Assembly: GCF_004010195.1 (NCBI RefSeq)
Contig: NC_057718.1
Location: 101,730,112-101,794,111 of the forward strand
Origin: Chiloscyllium plagiosum
Taxonomy: Eukaryota
Direction: 5' to 3'
DNA: 64,000 nucleotides
Numbering within the stretch: the first letter of the stretch is position 1; every line of letters begins with the position of its first letter. The position numbers and the translations under genes were made by a program. Below are positions 34,065 through 48,308 of the stretch, piece after piece. A model generated the notes under the pieces. It was not told the DNA's origin. It did not search any database and saw only the letters and a program-made list of their open reading frames with translations.

Positions 34065-37000
34065 TAGAATATAGAACATTTCAGTGCTGTCCAGGCCCTT
34101 CGGCCCTCGATGTTGTGCCGACCTGTGGAACCAAGCTGAAGTCCATCTAACCTACACTATTCCATTCTCATCCATATGTTTATTCAATGACCATTTAAAG
34201 GCCCTTAAAGTTGGAGAGTCTCCTACTATTGCAGGCAGTGTGTTCCATGCCCCTACTACTTTCTGAGTAAAGAAACTACCTCTGACATCTGTCCTATATT
34301 TATCATCCCTCAATTTAAAGCCATGCCCTCTCGTGCTAGCCATTGCCATCCAAGGAGAAAGGGCTCTCACCATCCACCCTATCTAACCCTCTGAATATCT
34401 TATTTGCCCTGATTAAGTCACCTCTTAACATTCTTCTCTCTAATGAAAACAGCCTCAACTTCCTCAGCCTTTCAAAGACCTTCCCTCCATACCAGGCAAC
34501 ATCCAAGTAAATCTCCACTGAACCCTTTCCAAAGCTTCCACATCCTTCCTTTACTGCGATGACCAGAACTGTACACAATACTCCAAGTTGCGGCCACACC
34601 AGAGTTTTGTACAGCTGCAACATGATCTCATGGCTCTGAAACTCAATCCCTCCAACAATAAAAGCTAACACACCGCATGCCTTCTTCACAACACTATCAA
34701 CCTGGGTGGCAACTTTCAAGGATCTACGCACGTGGACACCGAGATCCCTCTGCTCATCTACACTACCAAGAATCTTACCATTAGTCCAGTACTGTTGCTC
34801 TTTCCAAAAAGTGAATCACCTCACACTATTCCTCATTAAAATCTATTTGCCAGCTCTTAGCCCAGCTCTGCAGCTTATCTATGTCCCCTTGTAACCTGCA
34901 ACATCCTTCAGCACTATCCACAACTCCACCAGCCTTAGTGTCATCCACAAATTTACTTCTACGCCCTCATCTCGGTCATTTTTATAAATGACAAACAGCA
35001 GTAGCTCCAAAACATTTCCTTGCGGTACACTGAACTCCAGGTTGAACATTTCCCATCAACCACCACCCTCCGCCTTCTTTCAGCTAGCCAATTTCTGATC
35101 CGAATTGCTAAATCCCCCTCAATCCCATGCTTCTGTATTTTGTGCAATAGCCTACTGTGGGGAACCTCATCAAACGCCTTACTGAAATCCATATACATGA
35201 CATCAACTGCTTGACCCTCATCCACTTGTCTGGTCACCATCTCAAAAGAGCTCAATGAGGTTTTGTGAGGCACAATCTTCACAAAACAGTGTTGACTATC
35301 CCTAACCAACTTATTCCTCTCTGGATGATTATAAATCCTATCTCTTATAACCTTTTCCAACTCTTTACCCACAACTGATGTAATGCTCACTGGTCTATAT
35401 TTAACAGGGTTGTCTATACTCCCCTTCTTGAACAAGGGGACAACATTTGCTATCCTCCAGTCTTCCGGCACTATTCCTGTAGACAATGACAACATAAAGA
35501 TCAAAGCCAAAGGCTCGGCAATGTTATCCCTGGCTTCCCAGAGAATCCTAGGATAAATCCCATCCAGCCTAGGAGACTTCCAGAATTGCTAACACCTCCT
35601 CCTTGTGAACCTCAATCTCGTCTAGTCTAGTAGTCTATATCTCAGTATTCTCCTTGACAACATTGTCTTTTTCAAGTGTGAATACTGACAAAAAATATTC
35701 ATTTAGCGCTTCCCCCATCTCCAGAGACTCCATGCACAACTTCCCATTACTATTTACAGGCGGCACAGCGGTTAGCACTGCTGCCTCACAGTGCTAGAGA
35801 CCCGGGTTCAATTCCCGCCTCAGGCGACTGACTGTGTGGAGTTTGCACATTCTCCCCGTGTCTGCGTGGGTTTCCTCCGGGTGCTCTGGTTTCCTCCCAC
35901 AGTCCAAAGATGTGCACGTCAGGTGAATTAGCCATGCTAAATTGCCCGTAGTGTTAGGTAAGGGGTAAATGTAGGGGTATGGGTGGGTTGCGTTTCGGCG
36001 GGGCGGTGTGGACTTGTTGGGCCGAAGGGCCTGTTTCCACATTGTAAGTAATCTAATCTAATCTATCCTTGATTGGCCCTAACCTTTCTCATTCTTTTAT
36101 TCGTGATATACCTATAGGTTTTTCTTGATCCTATCCGCTAATGACTTCTCATATCCCCTTCTGGCTCTTCTTAGCTTTCTCTTTAGGTCTTTCCTGGCTA
36201 ACTTGTAAATCTGAAGCATCCTAACTGAGCCATCACATCTCATCCCAACATAAGCCTTAATTTCCTCTTGACAAGAGATTCAACTTCTTTCATAAACCAC
36301 GGCTCCCTCGCTCGACCACTTCCTCGCTAGCTGACAGGTACATACTTATCAGGGACACACAGTAGCTGTTCCTTGAATAAGCTCCACATTTCAATTGCTC
36401 CCATCCCCTGCAGTTTCCTTCCCCATCCTATGCATCCTAAATCTTGCCCAATAGCTGCCTTTTCCCCAGCAATAAGTCTTGCCCTGCGTTATATACCTAT
36501 CACTTTTTATTGCTAAAGTAAACAACCAAATTGTGGTCACTATCACAAAAGTGTTTACCTACCTCCAAATCTAACAACAGGTTCATTACCCAGTACCAAA
36601 TCCATTGTGGCCTCACCCCTTGTTGGCCTATCTACATACTGTGTCAGGAAACCATCCTGCACACATTAGACAAAAACTGACCCATCTAAAGTACTGCAAC
36701 CATAGTATTTGCAGTTAATTATTGGAAAGTTAAAGTCCCCCATAACAACTACCCTGTTAATCTTGTTCCTATCCAGAATTATCTTTGCTATCCTTTCCAC
36801 TACATCTCTGGAACTATTCAGAGGCCTATAGAAAACCCTTAACAGGGTGACCTCTCCTGAGGTTTCTAACCTCATCCCACATTACCTCCGTAGAAGAGTC
36901 CTCAAATGTCCTTTCGGCTACCATAATACTGTCTTTGACTAACAATGCTACACCTCCCCCTCTTTTACTATCTTCTCTGTTCTTACTGAAACATCGAAAT

Positions 37001-37975
37001 CCTGGAACCTGCAACAACCATTCCTGTTCCTGCTCTATCCATGTCTCCGAAATGGCCAGAACATCGAAGTCCCAGGTACCAATCCATGCTGCAAGTTCAC
37101 CCACCTTATTCCGGATACTCCTGGCATTGAAATAGACACACTTCAAACCACCTTCCTGCTTGCCGGTGAACTCTTGCGACCTTGAAATCGTATTTCTGAC
37201 CTCACCACTCTCAACCTCCTGGGCTCTGGAATTACAAGATAGGTTCCCATCTATTCCCTGCTGAATTAATTTAAACCCTTCCAAATAGCATGAACAAATG
37301 CTCCCCCCCAGGATATTGGTACCCCTCTGGTTCAGGTGTAGACCATCCTGTTTGTAGAGATCCTACCTACCCCAGAATGAGCCCCAAGAATCCAGATATC
37401 TGAAACCCTCCCTCCTGCACCATCCCTGTAGCCACATGTTCAACTCCTCTCTCTCTCTCTCTCTATTCCTTGCCTCGCTAGCACGAGGCATGGGCAACAA
37501 ACCAGAGATTACAACTCTGACTGTTTTAACAATACGTTTTCACCCTAGTACCCTGAATTTCTGCCTTAAATCCCCATCTCTTTTCCTATCTATGCCATGA
37601 GTATCATTGTGGACCACGACTTGGGGCTGCTCCCTCTCCCCCTCCTCCTCAAGGATCCCAAAAACACAATCCGAGACATCACGAATCCTGGCACCTGGGA
37701 GGCAACACATCAACCACGAGTCCTCTCGTTCCCACAGAACCTAACCGCCCCCCAAACTATGGAGTCCCCAATGACTATTGCTCTGCTCATCTCGCCCCTT
37801 CCCTTCTGAGCAACAGGGACAGATTCTGTGCCAGAGACCTGTACCCCATGGTTTACCCCTTTTAAGTCCGCTCTCCCCAACAGAATCCAAAATGGCATAT
37901 CTGTTATTGAGGGGAATGGCCACAGGGGATCCCTGCACTGCCTGCTGGTTCCCTTTCCATCCCCTGCTGTATCAT
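34065..37975 (-). mobile_element. Long decayed CR1 LINE: ORF1 SGNH/GDSL esterase + ORF2 APE endonuclease + RT
   Basis: ORF1 motifs SPVAIPLNNRY, AIVIGDSIV, CCLPGARIRDV, DGLHLNQRG; APE motifs LKCVYFNARSIRNK, DVLAISETW, VVVMGDFNFP; RT motifs PEDWRIANVVPLFKKG, YMDFSKAFDEVPH; many frameshifts. Confidence 0.95.
35759..36064 (+). mobile_element. HE1 SINE nested in the long CR1
   Basis: ggcggcacagcggttagcac...(atcta)n; CR1 sequence continues on both sides. Confidence 0.93.
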
Positions 37976-39362
37976 TTTTCCCCACACTGCCAATCTCTAA
38001 ACTGCCCCTACTGTTCTTCTTTCTTGTGATCCTTATTTTCAGTACTACTTCAGCCAATTGTTTCCCACACCCTAACCTCCCTTGATTTGGATACTGAATA
38101 CCTTCACTTTCTGTAGGAGGGTAAGTTAGTATACTGGGGGGCTGAATGGCCTCTTCCGTGGTGTAATGCAAGAAGGTTTCTCAGATGGATAAAAATGGTG
38201 TTTTCCATTTTTTAAATAAACAATGCACAAACTTTATAGCTTATTCTTCAATTCATTTTTTTTTGCCAAAGGGCTTTTCCTTCAAACAAGAATGATTGTG
38301 AAGCAAGAAATTCTTGATGATTCCAATATCTGACCTAACGTCTTGAACTGCCATTTGAAAACAAATACCTTCAGGCTCTCTTGATAAACTGTCACTAAGC
38401 TTCAGGTCAGGATGAGATCTGAGCAGGAGCAAACAATATTTATGAAAAAAAAATAAAAATGTATCCTTAAAACAGTACATGTCATGTCAATTTGTGACTC
38501 ATTTTAAGCTCCTGGGTAGATATATTGAGTAAGGCTGTGAATAATGCAAATGATCATAAGACTTGATGTAAAAAAAGCCTCCTTTTAAAATGGAATTCCA
38601 TTAAAGTTAAAAGTTAGTGACCAGTAAATGACCTCAGATAAAAAGTTCTTCACTTGGAGCCACAAACAATATTTCCTGGCCAGAATACAGATGATTGTCT
38701 GGGTACTGCACAATCACATACTGTTTTAAGTAACTGGGATTGATTTTGAATGCTCAATATTTGTATGTTACTATCTTCTACTCATTGCTATCTCTTGAAG
38801 AAATCTCACTGCTTATAATCACAATGTTTATAGACTTTTTTAAAGAGACTCTTAGCCTATTTGCTTTAATGTGCAGTTTAAACAGGCTCTGAGTAAATCA
38901 ACTTTGCTGTAAAATAGTCTACAAGTCCCACATCACCACCATCTCATTAAGTGACACACCACTGTCAACGGCCACTCTGATTTTCAAAACCAGGGCTGTG
39001 AAATACATAAACAAGGGAATTTTTTCCCAAATATGTAGGGACACTGTTCCTTCATGTTTTATTGCTTCTAATAAGTTATCCTATGCTTTATGCTTTAAGA
39101 GCATTACGAGGTCCCAAGAAACATTAAACTCTGAAATAGCTTTGGTAAACAAAAGTTGATTTGAGATAGTTGATTGCTGAGACCAGAGCTTCGGGACACC
39201 CTCAGTTCAAATCTTTCACTATACATCATTCAGTCCTTAGTGTTCATACCATTCATCCTTTAATCCCCCCTGCTGAGGGATTAGGCTTCTCTCTCCTACC
39301 TACAGCAATTTGCCTAAATTCATCAACGCTAGTTTGTTAGTTGCACTTATAATTTCAGTATA

Positions 39363-39582
39363 CAGGTCGTTCTCCTATAACACACGTTTTGTTAATGTAA
39401 TTTCATTATAGCCTGGTTGATAGATTGGGGGGACAGTTTCTAAAGCACAAACATTTAAAGTGTGTATTGGTTATAACACGATTCCAACCCCATTAATTTA
39501 AATGGCGCTGCTATCACACAATTTTTTTTATAACACAGGATTACACAATAATGGAAAAACTGCGTAATAGCAGAACTGACCG
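39363..39582. mobile_element. Tc1/mariner (Tigger/pogo-like) MITE with TA TSD
   Basis: ta|CAGGTCGTTCTCCTATAAC ... GTAATAGCAGAACTGACCG|ta; imperfect ~19-bp TIRs. Confidence 0.7.
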
Positions 39583-39799
39583 TACCTACATGTAAAATAT
39601 GTAATGGCAATTACTTAAAAAGCCTTTGATTATGGTGAGGATCAGACTTTCCCTGCTGCACTTTACTAAATAACAAGTTATCCCTTTTCCACGAAGATTT
39701 CAATGAGGCACTTCATTGTCTTATCTGGTTTCCATGAGCATAAAGGCCCATGATTCTGCCTGTGGAAACTGCTGCCTCAAATAACAATTCTCATCACCC

Positions 39800-40100
39800 A
39801 ATAGCAACTCCAACATCCTCCAAGGCCAATATATCCTTCCTAGCGTGTGGTGCCCAGATTTGTTCATAGTACTCAAAGTGGGGTTCCATCAGGGTTTTGA
39901 ATGACTGCAGCATAATTCCTGCACCCTTGCACTCCATTCTTCTAAATATAAAGACCTGCATTCTATTACCTTTTTTGATTATTTTCTTCACCTGTTTGTG
40001 ATATCTTAAAGATTTTTGCACCTGAAGAACCACTTCCCTGCCCCCCCCTCCTAACTCTCTTTGGACATCCAATGAATTTAACTTCACACCATCTAGAAAT
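39800..40100 (-). mobile_element. Old CR1 ORF2 fragment
   Basis: ORF 39794..40087 FKTLMEPHFEYYEQIWAPHARKDILALE. Confidence 0.8.
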
Positions 40101-43100
40101 TAAACACCAACCATAAGCATCAACTACTCAAGACGAATTGCCCGAAATACAAACCAAAATACTAATCGTTTCCACACTTCATCTCCAAGTACTTAGAAAA
40201 AACATTGTGAAAAAAATATACTGGCTACGTCTCAGTTTAGAGAAAACAAGAATTAAAGTATTGTTAAATTATCCTGGTCACATCAGACATTATTAATAAA
40301 TCTTATGCTGCATGAAGCAGTACCACTTTGCTGAATTCTAAATTCCAGTCAAACCCCTGTGCCATTGCAAATTAAAATTAAAGAACACAGGTACTCTCAT
40401 TGCCAATTTGCTTGGTCTTTTCCCTTTGGCTGCTTCTCTCCAACATCATCTGTTGTTTCTTTTCTCTCTGCATCTTTCCATCCTGGTTAATGGATAATTA
40501 CTGCATCAACACACCCCATTGGCTGTAAAACACAGTCATCTCCCGAGAGCCTGAGAAGATGGTGCATATATATGTCTCTTCTCTTCAAATGCAGCAACTT
40601 CACAAAGCTGACAGGACAGTTTAAGCACAAATAACTACTTATACAGAACAAAGCAAATTATCCAGCAGCTTGTGGTGATTCATGATTCTTAGAATACTGC
40701 TGGACGTTTTCACATTGCAAGTGCTGTTAAATTTACCTTTTTTTGGCAGGGAAATTTGTTCCTCGTATATAGATTAATTTTCATTGCCATATTTTTGGTC
40801 AAGTGTTAAAACGTGAGCGGTTTCCTCACTTGTGTTTACTTATAATGGAGCAACTTGCATCTCCTTTGCATAAAGTTTATTTGGTTTTGTTGCTCTTCAG
40901 CACTAGGGAAAGGAATTCATTCTGTCAGACTCACAGGCCTAAATATTTGTGAAGACAGGGAGCCTCTCTGTTGTTACAAAAATGATGGTGGAGATCTAGG
41001 TCCAGTCCTTCCCCCAAGCATGGCATACGTCATTTTTGCAGAGGTGGGGGTGTTGTCTAATGTGCACATATGTGGCTCACAGAGGCAATGGTACATGATA
41101 AAGTGCACCTGCTTCAGGCTGACCTGACTTTTGGTAGTGGAATATCAAAAACATTACTTACTTGTGTACTTCAGAACTGGCGAGATGTTTAAAGCTGCCT
41201 TAGTTCTTTGGAGAGACAAGATACCCTTTCACATATGGTCACAGGACACAATTAGGAGGGGTCAGCTGTCCTTTGGAATTGTTGAAAATAAACAGGAATG
41301 CAGAAAGTGCATATATGCATTGGAATGGTCCACAGGAGATGGCAAGGCATTTAAAAGTTCTGCTGTCTAAATGTGTGAAAAACTTGCCTGCAAGGTTTAA
41401 AAGAAAAACAATGCTTGCTATTTCACTCTGTCTACTGACATATGGTGGTGAGTTATTAAAGGATTAGTGTTGAATGACTGATTTCACGATCTTTACTCTC
41501 AGTTTGGTACGTCAGTTCACCCTCTGATTGACAACTAAGATTTCATAAACTCTAGGGCTGAACTACGAATACCAATGTTTTTATAAAAAGGAATTAGAGG
41601 CAGTTAAATGCAGTGCATGGATTGTTCATCTTGGAGTTCCTCCTATTAAATTAGGGATTTATCAAGAGGCACTTCAGAACCTTACTGCATCTTAGCAAAA
41701 ACCTAGAGGTGTACCCCTGGTGGATACTGGGCAATTTGGAATGGTGGATGTAAGTGCAACGAATTGTGCATGGGAGCACGGGTGGCTGAAAGTTGGTTTG
41801 GGGCTATAGAAGGTCTCAAAGATGGGTGGAGGGACTTATTTTGAATATATGAACTGTCATGGGGAGCTTGAGCTGACATAGCTTGGAAAGATGGAGCATG
41901 TGACATTAAGAGGGAGTATGAGGCGAGGGCTGGATAAAGTGACAGAGTGCTAAGTAGATGCTTCATCAGTCTGTCTCCCTACTTTGCTCCAGGGCAGCTT
42001 TGCAGTGTTCAATTATGACTGATCTCTGTGCTTCCAACTTTGAGCAAAAAGGTAAGCTTCAGTGTCAGGATCAAACACTCCCATATCAGAAAGTACATCC
42101 AAATTCAGTTCAAAACCTCTATCAGACATCTGACATGTGCTCAGAACCTCAGAATAGTGCATAACTGTACCTGACCGGCAAAAATTTCTTTTGCTACATC
42201 AGTCACACTTTGGCCTCTGCCTACAAGTGCCACACAGCAAAACACCAATTTTTAGGATCTGCAATGAGAAACCAAATAAAACTAACTTGAAATAAAAACC
42301 AAATATTATAAAAATGACAAAGGCACCAAATCCTCCTTTTCTATGATAGAGAGACAGAGGCTGCCATATTAACTGGAAGAAACCTCACATATGTTCTACT
42401 TACGTTCTGTATGTAACACCAAAATAGAAACTTAAAATATTGAGATAAGTCTTCACTGGAACAACTAATGAATTTTATAACATTGTGAAGTGCCTGCAAA
42501 GATGAAGGTTTACATGCAAGTCTTAAAAAATAAGTTTTTTTGCCTGAAACCTAGGAGAACAACCATTTTAATATGGCATTTGATCAAGTGCTGGAGTACT
42601 TGAATTTAAAAGAAGTTTATAAAACATATAATCAAAATCAGTGATTGGATTTGTACTTGTTCCATAAAAATGGAAGGGAGAGAGATTTGAAAACAAAGAC
42701 TAGTAGGGGTTTTAAAGTGCTTCTATTGCTGTTATTCCATGGCTAGGAAGTACAAGATAAAAATAATGCAGGAGATTAGAAGACTCAAAAGCCATATATG
42801 TAAGTTGTCATGTATGCAACTATCAAGAACCAAGGACAAATGCCTTAGTGTCCTGAAAATCAGCTGGGTGCCATCTGCAACAACTAAACCTGCAGGCACA
42901 CTGTAGCAGTGATAGCATTTCACTTAACCAATATGCTTAGGGTTCCATGTTGTCTCTCAGGCAGTTCTGTGCTACATGCTGATCAGACTGGCATCAGATA
43001 CATGCCTTGTGGTTTCAGAGAATCATACAGCACAGAAGGCATTCTTTCAGCCTACTGTATCTGCAGTAGGTTTTTCAAGGAGGTACCTTTGAAATAAGGG

Positions 43101-44489
43101 TCCCACTTCTCCTCTCTCTGGGCACTTCTTCTTCAAATGTTTATCCAATTTCTCATTCAAGGTAACTATGCATCACTCTGATGAAGAGTCATCAATAACC
43201 TGAAATGTTAACTCTACCTCTCTTACCATGTGTTATGATGTTAAACCTGCTATTTCCAGTATAAAACAGAACTGCAGACACTGTGTTCAGATGGGTGGAG
43301 TGGGGGGGGGAAATGGACTCAAAATACGAGTATTTCCAACAATCGGCTTCTTTTTTAGAATTCACAATTCTGCAGCCTTTTGCTTTTATATAATCATTCC
43401 GTCTCTCCTTGTTAAAAACTATGGTGGTGGTGTCCACCCCATCCTCACATTCTCACTTCGTTAAGCGGTATATCGATGTCACTTCGCATCAAATGAGGGT
43501 TGGGATCGGCAGTGCATTATCACTTGCCCACAGATTGTTCACCACCCAAGACTGGATTTGCATTTGCTCAGGCATTTTTCTGAACTCTTCCTGTTAATAA
43601 ATCCTGAAAAAAAAAAATCCCCTTTGTCACCACCTATTAATTTTACTCATCCCTCTAACTCTAATCAGAATTTGTGCATTCAAGTAGCTGCCAATTTAAG
43701 ACCAAATCTTTGTAGGGAATATCATAATTTGAACAAGCTGACCCTGCAAAATGTGCCAAGTGCGGTGAATTGGATGACTTAACCATTCATTGCAAACACT
43801 TTGCTCGTCTTGCGAAATGTGATTGTTTTTAAAGATCAGAGGGCATATTCTTAATATTGTAAAATCATGCCAATTCATTCACTTAGTGAACACTCTGCAG
43901 TAGGTTAATTAGTGCTGCCCATGTGAATCCCACACAAAAAACCCCTATAGATCATACATCTCATCTGAGGAATATTAACATGATAAAAGGATTAACTTAA
44001 ATACAAAAAGACAGCGACAATAGTTGAACATAACTAACAATACGATGCTCTAGGGATTGTAGTTGTAAGGCCACCAAGTAGACGATGAAACATGTGGGAA
44101 ATCAATTTAGGAGTAAAAGCATCCACTATTGAAATGTCTAGTGAAAATAGAGTATATCACTATTGAACCAATGAAAGATATTAGAAAATTAACACAAGCA
44201 CTGGATGCTGGAGATAAACAAAAACAGAAAGTGCCGGAGAAACTCAGTGGGGCTGACAGCATCTGTGGAGAGAGAAACAAAGTCAACGTTTTGGGTCCAA
44301 TGACTCTTTATCCGAACAGATATTTCAACAACTGGCATTTAATGAATCAGAGGTCATAAATTATTGTCTAATAATGATGTACAAAAAAAAGGACTTTGTT
44401 TTGTTCCTTACTCTACCCCCCCCCTCCCAAAGCAGAATCAAACAGATTTTTTGTTAAATTTATGTTTTGAATTGAGCTTGTAGGACCGC

Positions 44490-45490
44490 ACTGAGTAGGA
44501 ATAGGATTAGGCCTTTCAGCCCATCGAGCCTGCTCTGCCATTTAATATGAATTAGCATTTCAATGTTTTTACCCACAGTATCCTTTATGCCATTGATAAA
44601 GTAGAAGTTGATAATTTTTTGATTAAGTATATTTAAAGTCTCAGTTTCCACAGCCTTTTGGGTAAAGAATTCCACAGACTCTCATTTCTCAGAGTAAACA
44701 AACCTCTGATTTCCTGAATAGATCCACTTTAGTTTTAAATTTCGCTCCCCAACCAGGAGAAACACCTTACCTGTATCTATCCTATGTATTTTGGAGTCTT
44801 CAAATAAGATTTCCTCTCATTCTTCAAAACTCTTAGAGAATACAGGCCCAGTTTGCCCAGTCTCTCTCCCAGAAGTAAATCTGGGTAACCTTCATTGCAC
44901 TCCCCTAGTAGCAACAATAGCTTTACTGAGATAAGGAGACCAAAACTGCACATGATGCTCCGGGTGTACTCTAATCAAATTTCTATATATTTAAAGCACA
45001 ATTTCTCTACTGTACACAAATTTTCTTGTGAAAACATTAACATTACATTCATCCTTTTAATAACTTGCACATATCTGTGTTTTAGCCTTCAGTGACATAC
45101 TGAGAAGAATATCCAAGTTCCTTTGCATATCTATGTTTTCCAGCTTCTCAACATTTAACAAGCATTCTGCCCATCTATTTCTCCTACCAGAGTGGATACT
45201 CTCACATTTTCCCACACTATATTCTACCTGCCATGTTCTTGCCCACTAAGCCTGTCAAAATCTCCTTGAATACATTTTTACATCTCCCTCACAATACAAT
45301 CTTCCTTAGCTTTGTATCATCTACAAATTTGGAAATATTACATTTGGTCCTCGCATCCAACTCATTGATATATCAAACAGCTGGGGCCCAGTCTGGATTC
45401 TTGTGGGACTTACTGAGTCTCAGCCTGCCAACACAAGATTAGCCCATTTTATTCTACTATTTTTAGTCTGTAAGACAATCCTTAATTCAT
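44490..45490 (-). mobile_element. Old CR1 3' part
   Basis: aggcctttcagcccatcgagcctgctctgccatt tail; ggagaccaaaactgcac; tttgtatcatctacaaattt (KFVDDTK). Confidence 0.8.
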
Positions 45491-46749
45491 GTGAAACAGG
45501 TCACTGCCATCAATGAAAACCATTGAAACTACATTATGACACAGCTGGCTGCTTTCTTTATTTTTCGAATGAATTTTTCTTCAATTATATCATTCTGAAT
45601 GTTACAAGGTTATTACAGTGCCAGAAGTAAAACTTCAGCATGGTGCAATCGAGCTGAATTCTTTTTGCAGCTTGAATACATTGCTGAGTAGAGAATAGCA
45701 GGAGCTGTAATTTGGAGCTAGCATTTCTGTCACTGACATGGGAACACCTCATCCTAACAATGACCTCCATCTCCAAGAAATAATATCAGTCTTGAATGTT
45801 GATAAAATACTTTACAGCCAAGTCGTGTTTGGAGTACAAGAGGTTACCATAGGGCGAGGTGCTCAATGATGATCAGTTGCGTTTATGTGACAATCACATG
45901 GTTGACAGCAGTATTGGACAGAGAAATAGAGCATGGCCTGATAACATTACTAGCTTTATTACTTTTTTTCTGAAGTTAACACTGAAATTTTCTGAATAAG
46001 AATTCATTTAATTTGTTACCAAGAAGGTTCAAGAAGGCCACTCACCACCACCTTCTCATGGGTGTCTGAGGACAGGCAAAAATATTGGCCAGCAAGGGAC
46101 ATCCACATCCCATAAATGAATATTTTTTAAAAACTTATTCAGACATGGTATGAGTCTGATTATACCTTTGTTCCTCTCTCCACTTTCCTTATTGCATTAT
46201 ATAAGTACAGGTTCTTGTTACATGATAGCAAGATAATTAACATCCAAACAACTTGGATGAAAATAGATTACTTTTCTGAATTTGCAATAGTAAGAAATAA
46301 AAAGGAATCTCCTTGGAGATGACACTACTCTGTCATTGCAAGGTACCCTCTCCAGCCACAAATTTTACAGTCAACATGACTAAAGAACTAGCTCGGTAAA
46401 CTGAACTTGGCATTTGCACAAAATGAGTACACATGCATGTTTATCACCTTACAGTGAGGTTTTCTGTGCTGCATAAAAGGTTTGAAAAGTAAACCTCACT
46501 TCAAGATACTCAGTTTAAAGTTATTTGGACTTATTGCAGTGTTTATTTGGTATTTGGGTTTACAGATTTGCTATTAATTGTCTATAATAATCTTTGCAAA
46601 TTTGCATTAACATAGTTACACGGGAGTCTGGGGCAGGGTGTGGGGGACAAAGAGACAAAATCAGTGTACAGCTGAGAGACCATATCTGCTCCAGTTGGAT
46701 TAGTCCTTTGGGCTGACTGTCACTCCCCCTATAAGTCGATACCGAAGAC

Positions 46750-47150
46750 GAACAGGACTAGGCCATTCTGCCCCTCCAGCCTGCTCCTCCATTCAATAGG
46801 ATCACTGTTGATCCAACATTCCACTTTCTTGCCTTCTCCCCATAACCCCAGATGTCTCTACTGATCAAGAAGCTACTTCAGCCTAAAAAATACACAAGGA
46901 TTAACTCCCACTGCTCTCTGTGGAAAGGAGTTTCAAAGAATCTCAATCCTCAAAAAAATTCCTCCTTACCTCAGTCTTAAAGCCTTTAATTCGAAGGAGA
47001 CTGTGCCCTCTGGCCCTAGAGTCTTCCCATGAGGGAGAAACATCCTCTCAGCATTTATCCTGTCAAATCCTTTCAAGATGATCACCTCTTATTCTTCTAA
47101 ACTCCAGTGAGTAGAATCCCAGGCTTTGCCTTTGCTCACAAGGCAATCCT
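46750..47150 (-). mobile_element. Old CR1 3' tail
   Basis: aggccattctgcccctccagcctgctcctccattcaataggatc...atcacctcttattcttctaaactcca. Confidence 0.72.
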
Positions 47151-47226
47151 CTTATTTACTAACCACCTCCCCACTCCATCCCCCACCTCAGGTCCACTGC
47201 CTGCCTCAATTTCTTCCACTATCCTC

Positions 47227-47511
47227 CAAACTTGAAGTTGTTTTCAGTTAACACATTGGCCAAAACAATCTCAATCGCTCCCACCCCACACCCCCAAAAT
47301 AGACAAAAGGAGGCTAAAAGTATTTTTATTATATTTTAGTTACACACAAATAATACCTTCCACGGAGACAAACTTGAAGTTGTTTTCAGTTAACACATTG
47401 GCCAAAACAATCTCAAATCGCTCCCACCCCACACCCCCAAAATAGACAAAAGGAGGCTAAAAGTATTTTTTTATATTTTTAGTTACACACAAATAATACC
47501 TTCCACGGAGA
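47227..47511 (+). repeat. Tandem duplication, 2 x ~142 bp of unique sequence
   Basis: caaacttgaagttg...ccacggaga at 47227-47368 and 47369-47511; differences only in or next to homopolymer runs. Confidence 0.95.
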
Positions 47512-47884
47512 AAGGCAAAAAGTTAATGAATCTAGTACACATGTATTAATTAAATTCAAAAACAACAGGTTACAATTCCATTCCTTTTTGTTCACAGTAT
47601 AGATACCAACATGATTTGGCATCAAAGCATGCACTGAGTGTGCATTAAAATCCATTTAAAAAGTCTTCATTTGCAGAATTGATTCAAGTGTCACAAACCG
47701 CTTCTTGAATTGCATTAAGGTGACCTTCATCAGCTACAGCATTCCACAAATTCAGTGGAATTTGCACCACTATATACAGGAGATCCCAGATTTCTTGAAT
47801 GATTTAACAACAAACTTGGACCTCCGTAATGCTAACACACACACCCATCCACCCACCTTTAGCTTCCAGAAATCTATTTCTTTT

Positions 47885-48308
47885 TTGAATATGTGCTGGA
47901 TAAGCTCAGTATTTTTCTTTAGAGCAGAGAAGGCTGAGGGTGAACCTGATTGATGTAATTAAGACTCTGAAGCATGGGCAGGATGAATAGAAAGCAGCTG
48001 CTCCCCTTAGTTGAAGGGTCAGTAACAAGGGAGCATTTATAAAAGGTGAAGGGCAGCAAGTTTAGAGAGGACTGACGAAAAGATTTTTTTTAGTGATGGG
48101 GTAGTGGGAATCTGGGATGCGCTGCCTGGGAAGGTAGAAGAGAAGGGAAATCTTACAACCTTTAAAAGTAGTACAATGGAAAGCACTTGGGATGTCATAA
48201 CATTTAAGGCTATTACCAAGTGCTGTGAGGTGGAATTACTGTAGATAGGTCAGCTCAGACTCTTTGGGCAGAAAGGCCTCTTCTATGCTGTATAACTCTG
48301 ACTCTGTA
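47885..48308 (+). mobile_element. Old CR1 3' end
   Basis: ttttctttagagcagagaaggctgagggtgaacctgattga...tgctgtataactctgactct. Confidence 0.8.
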
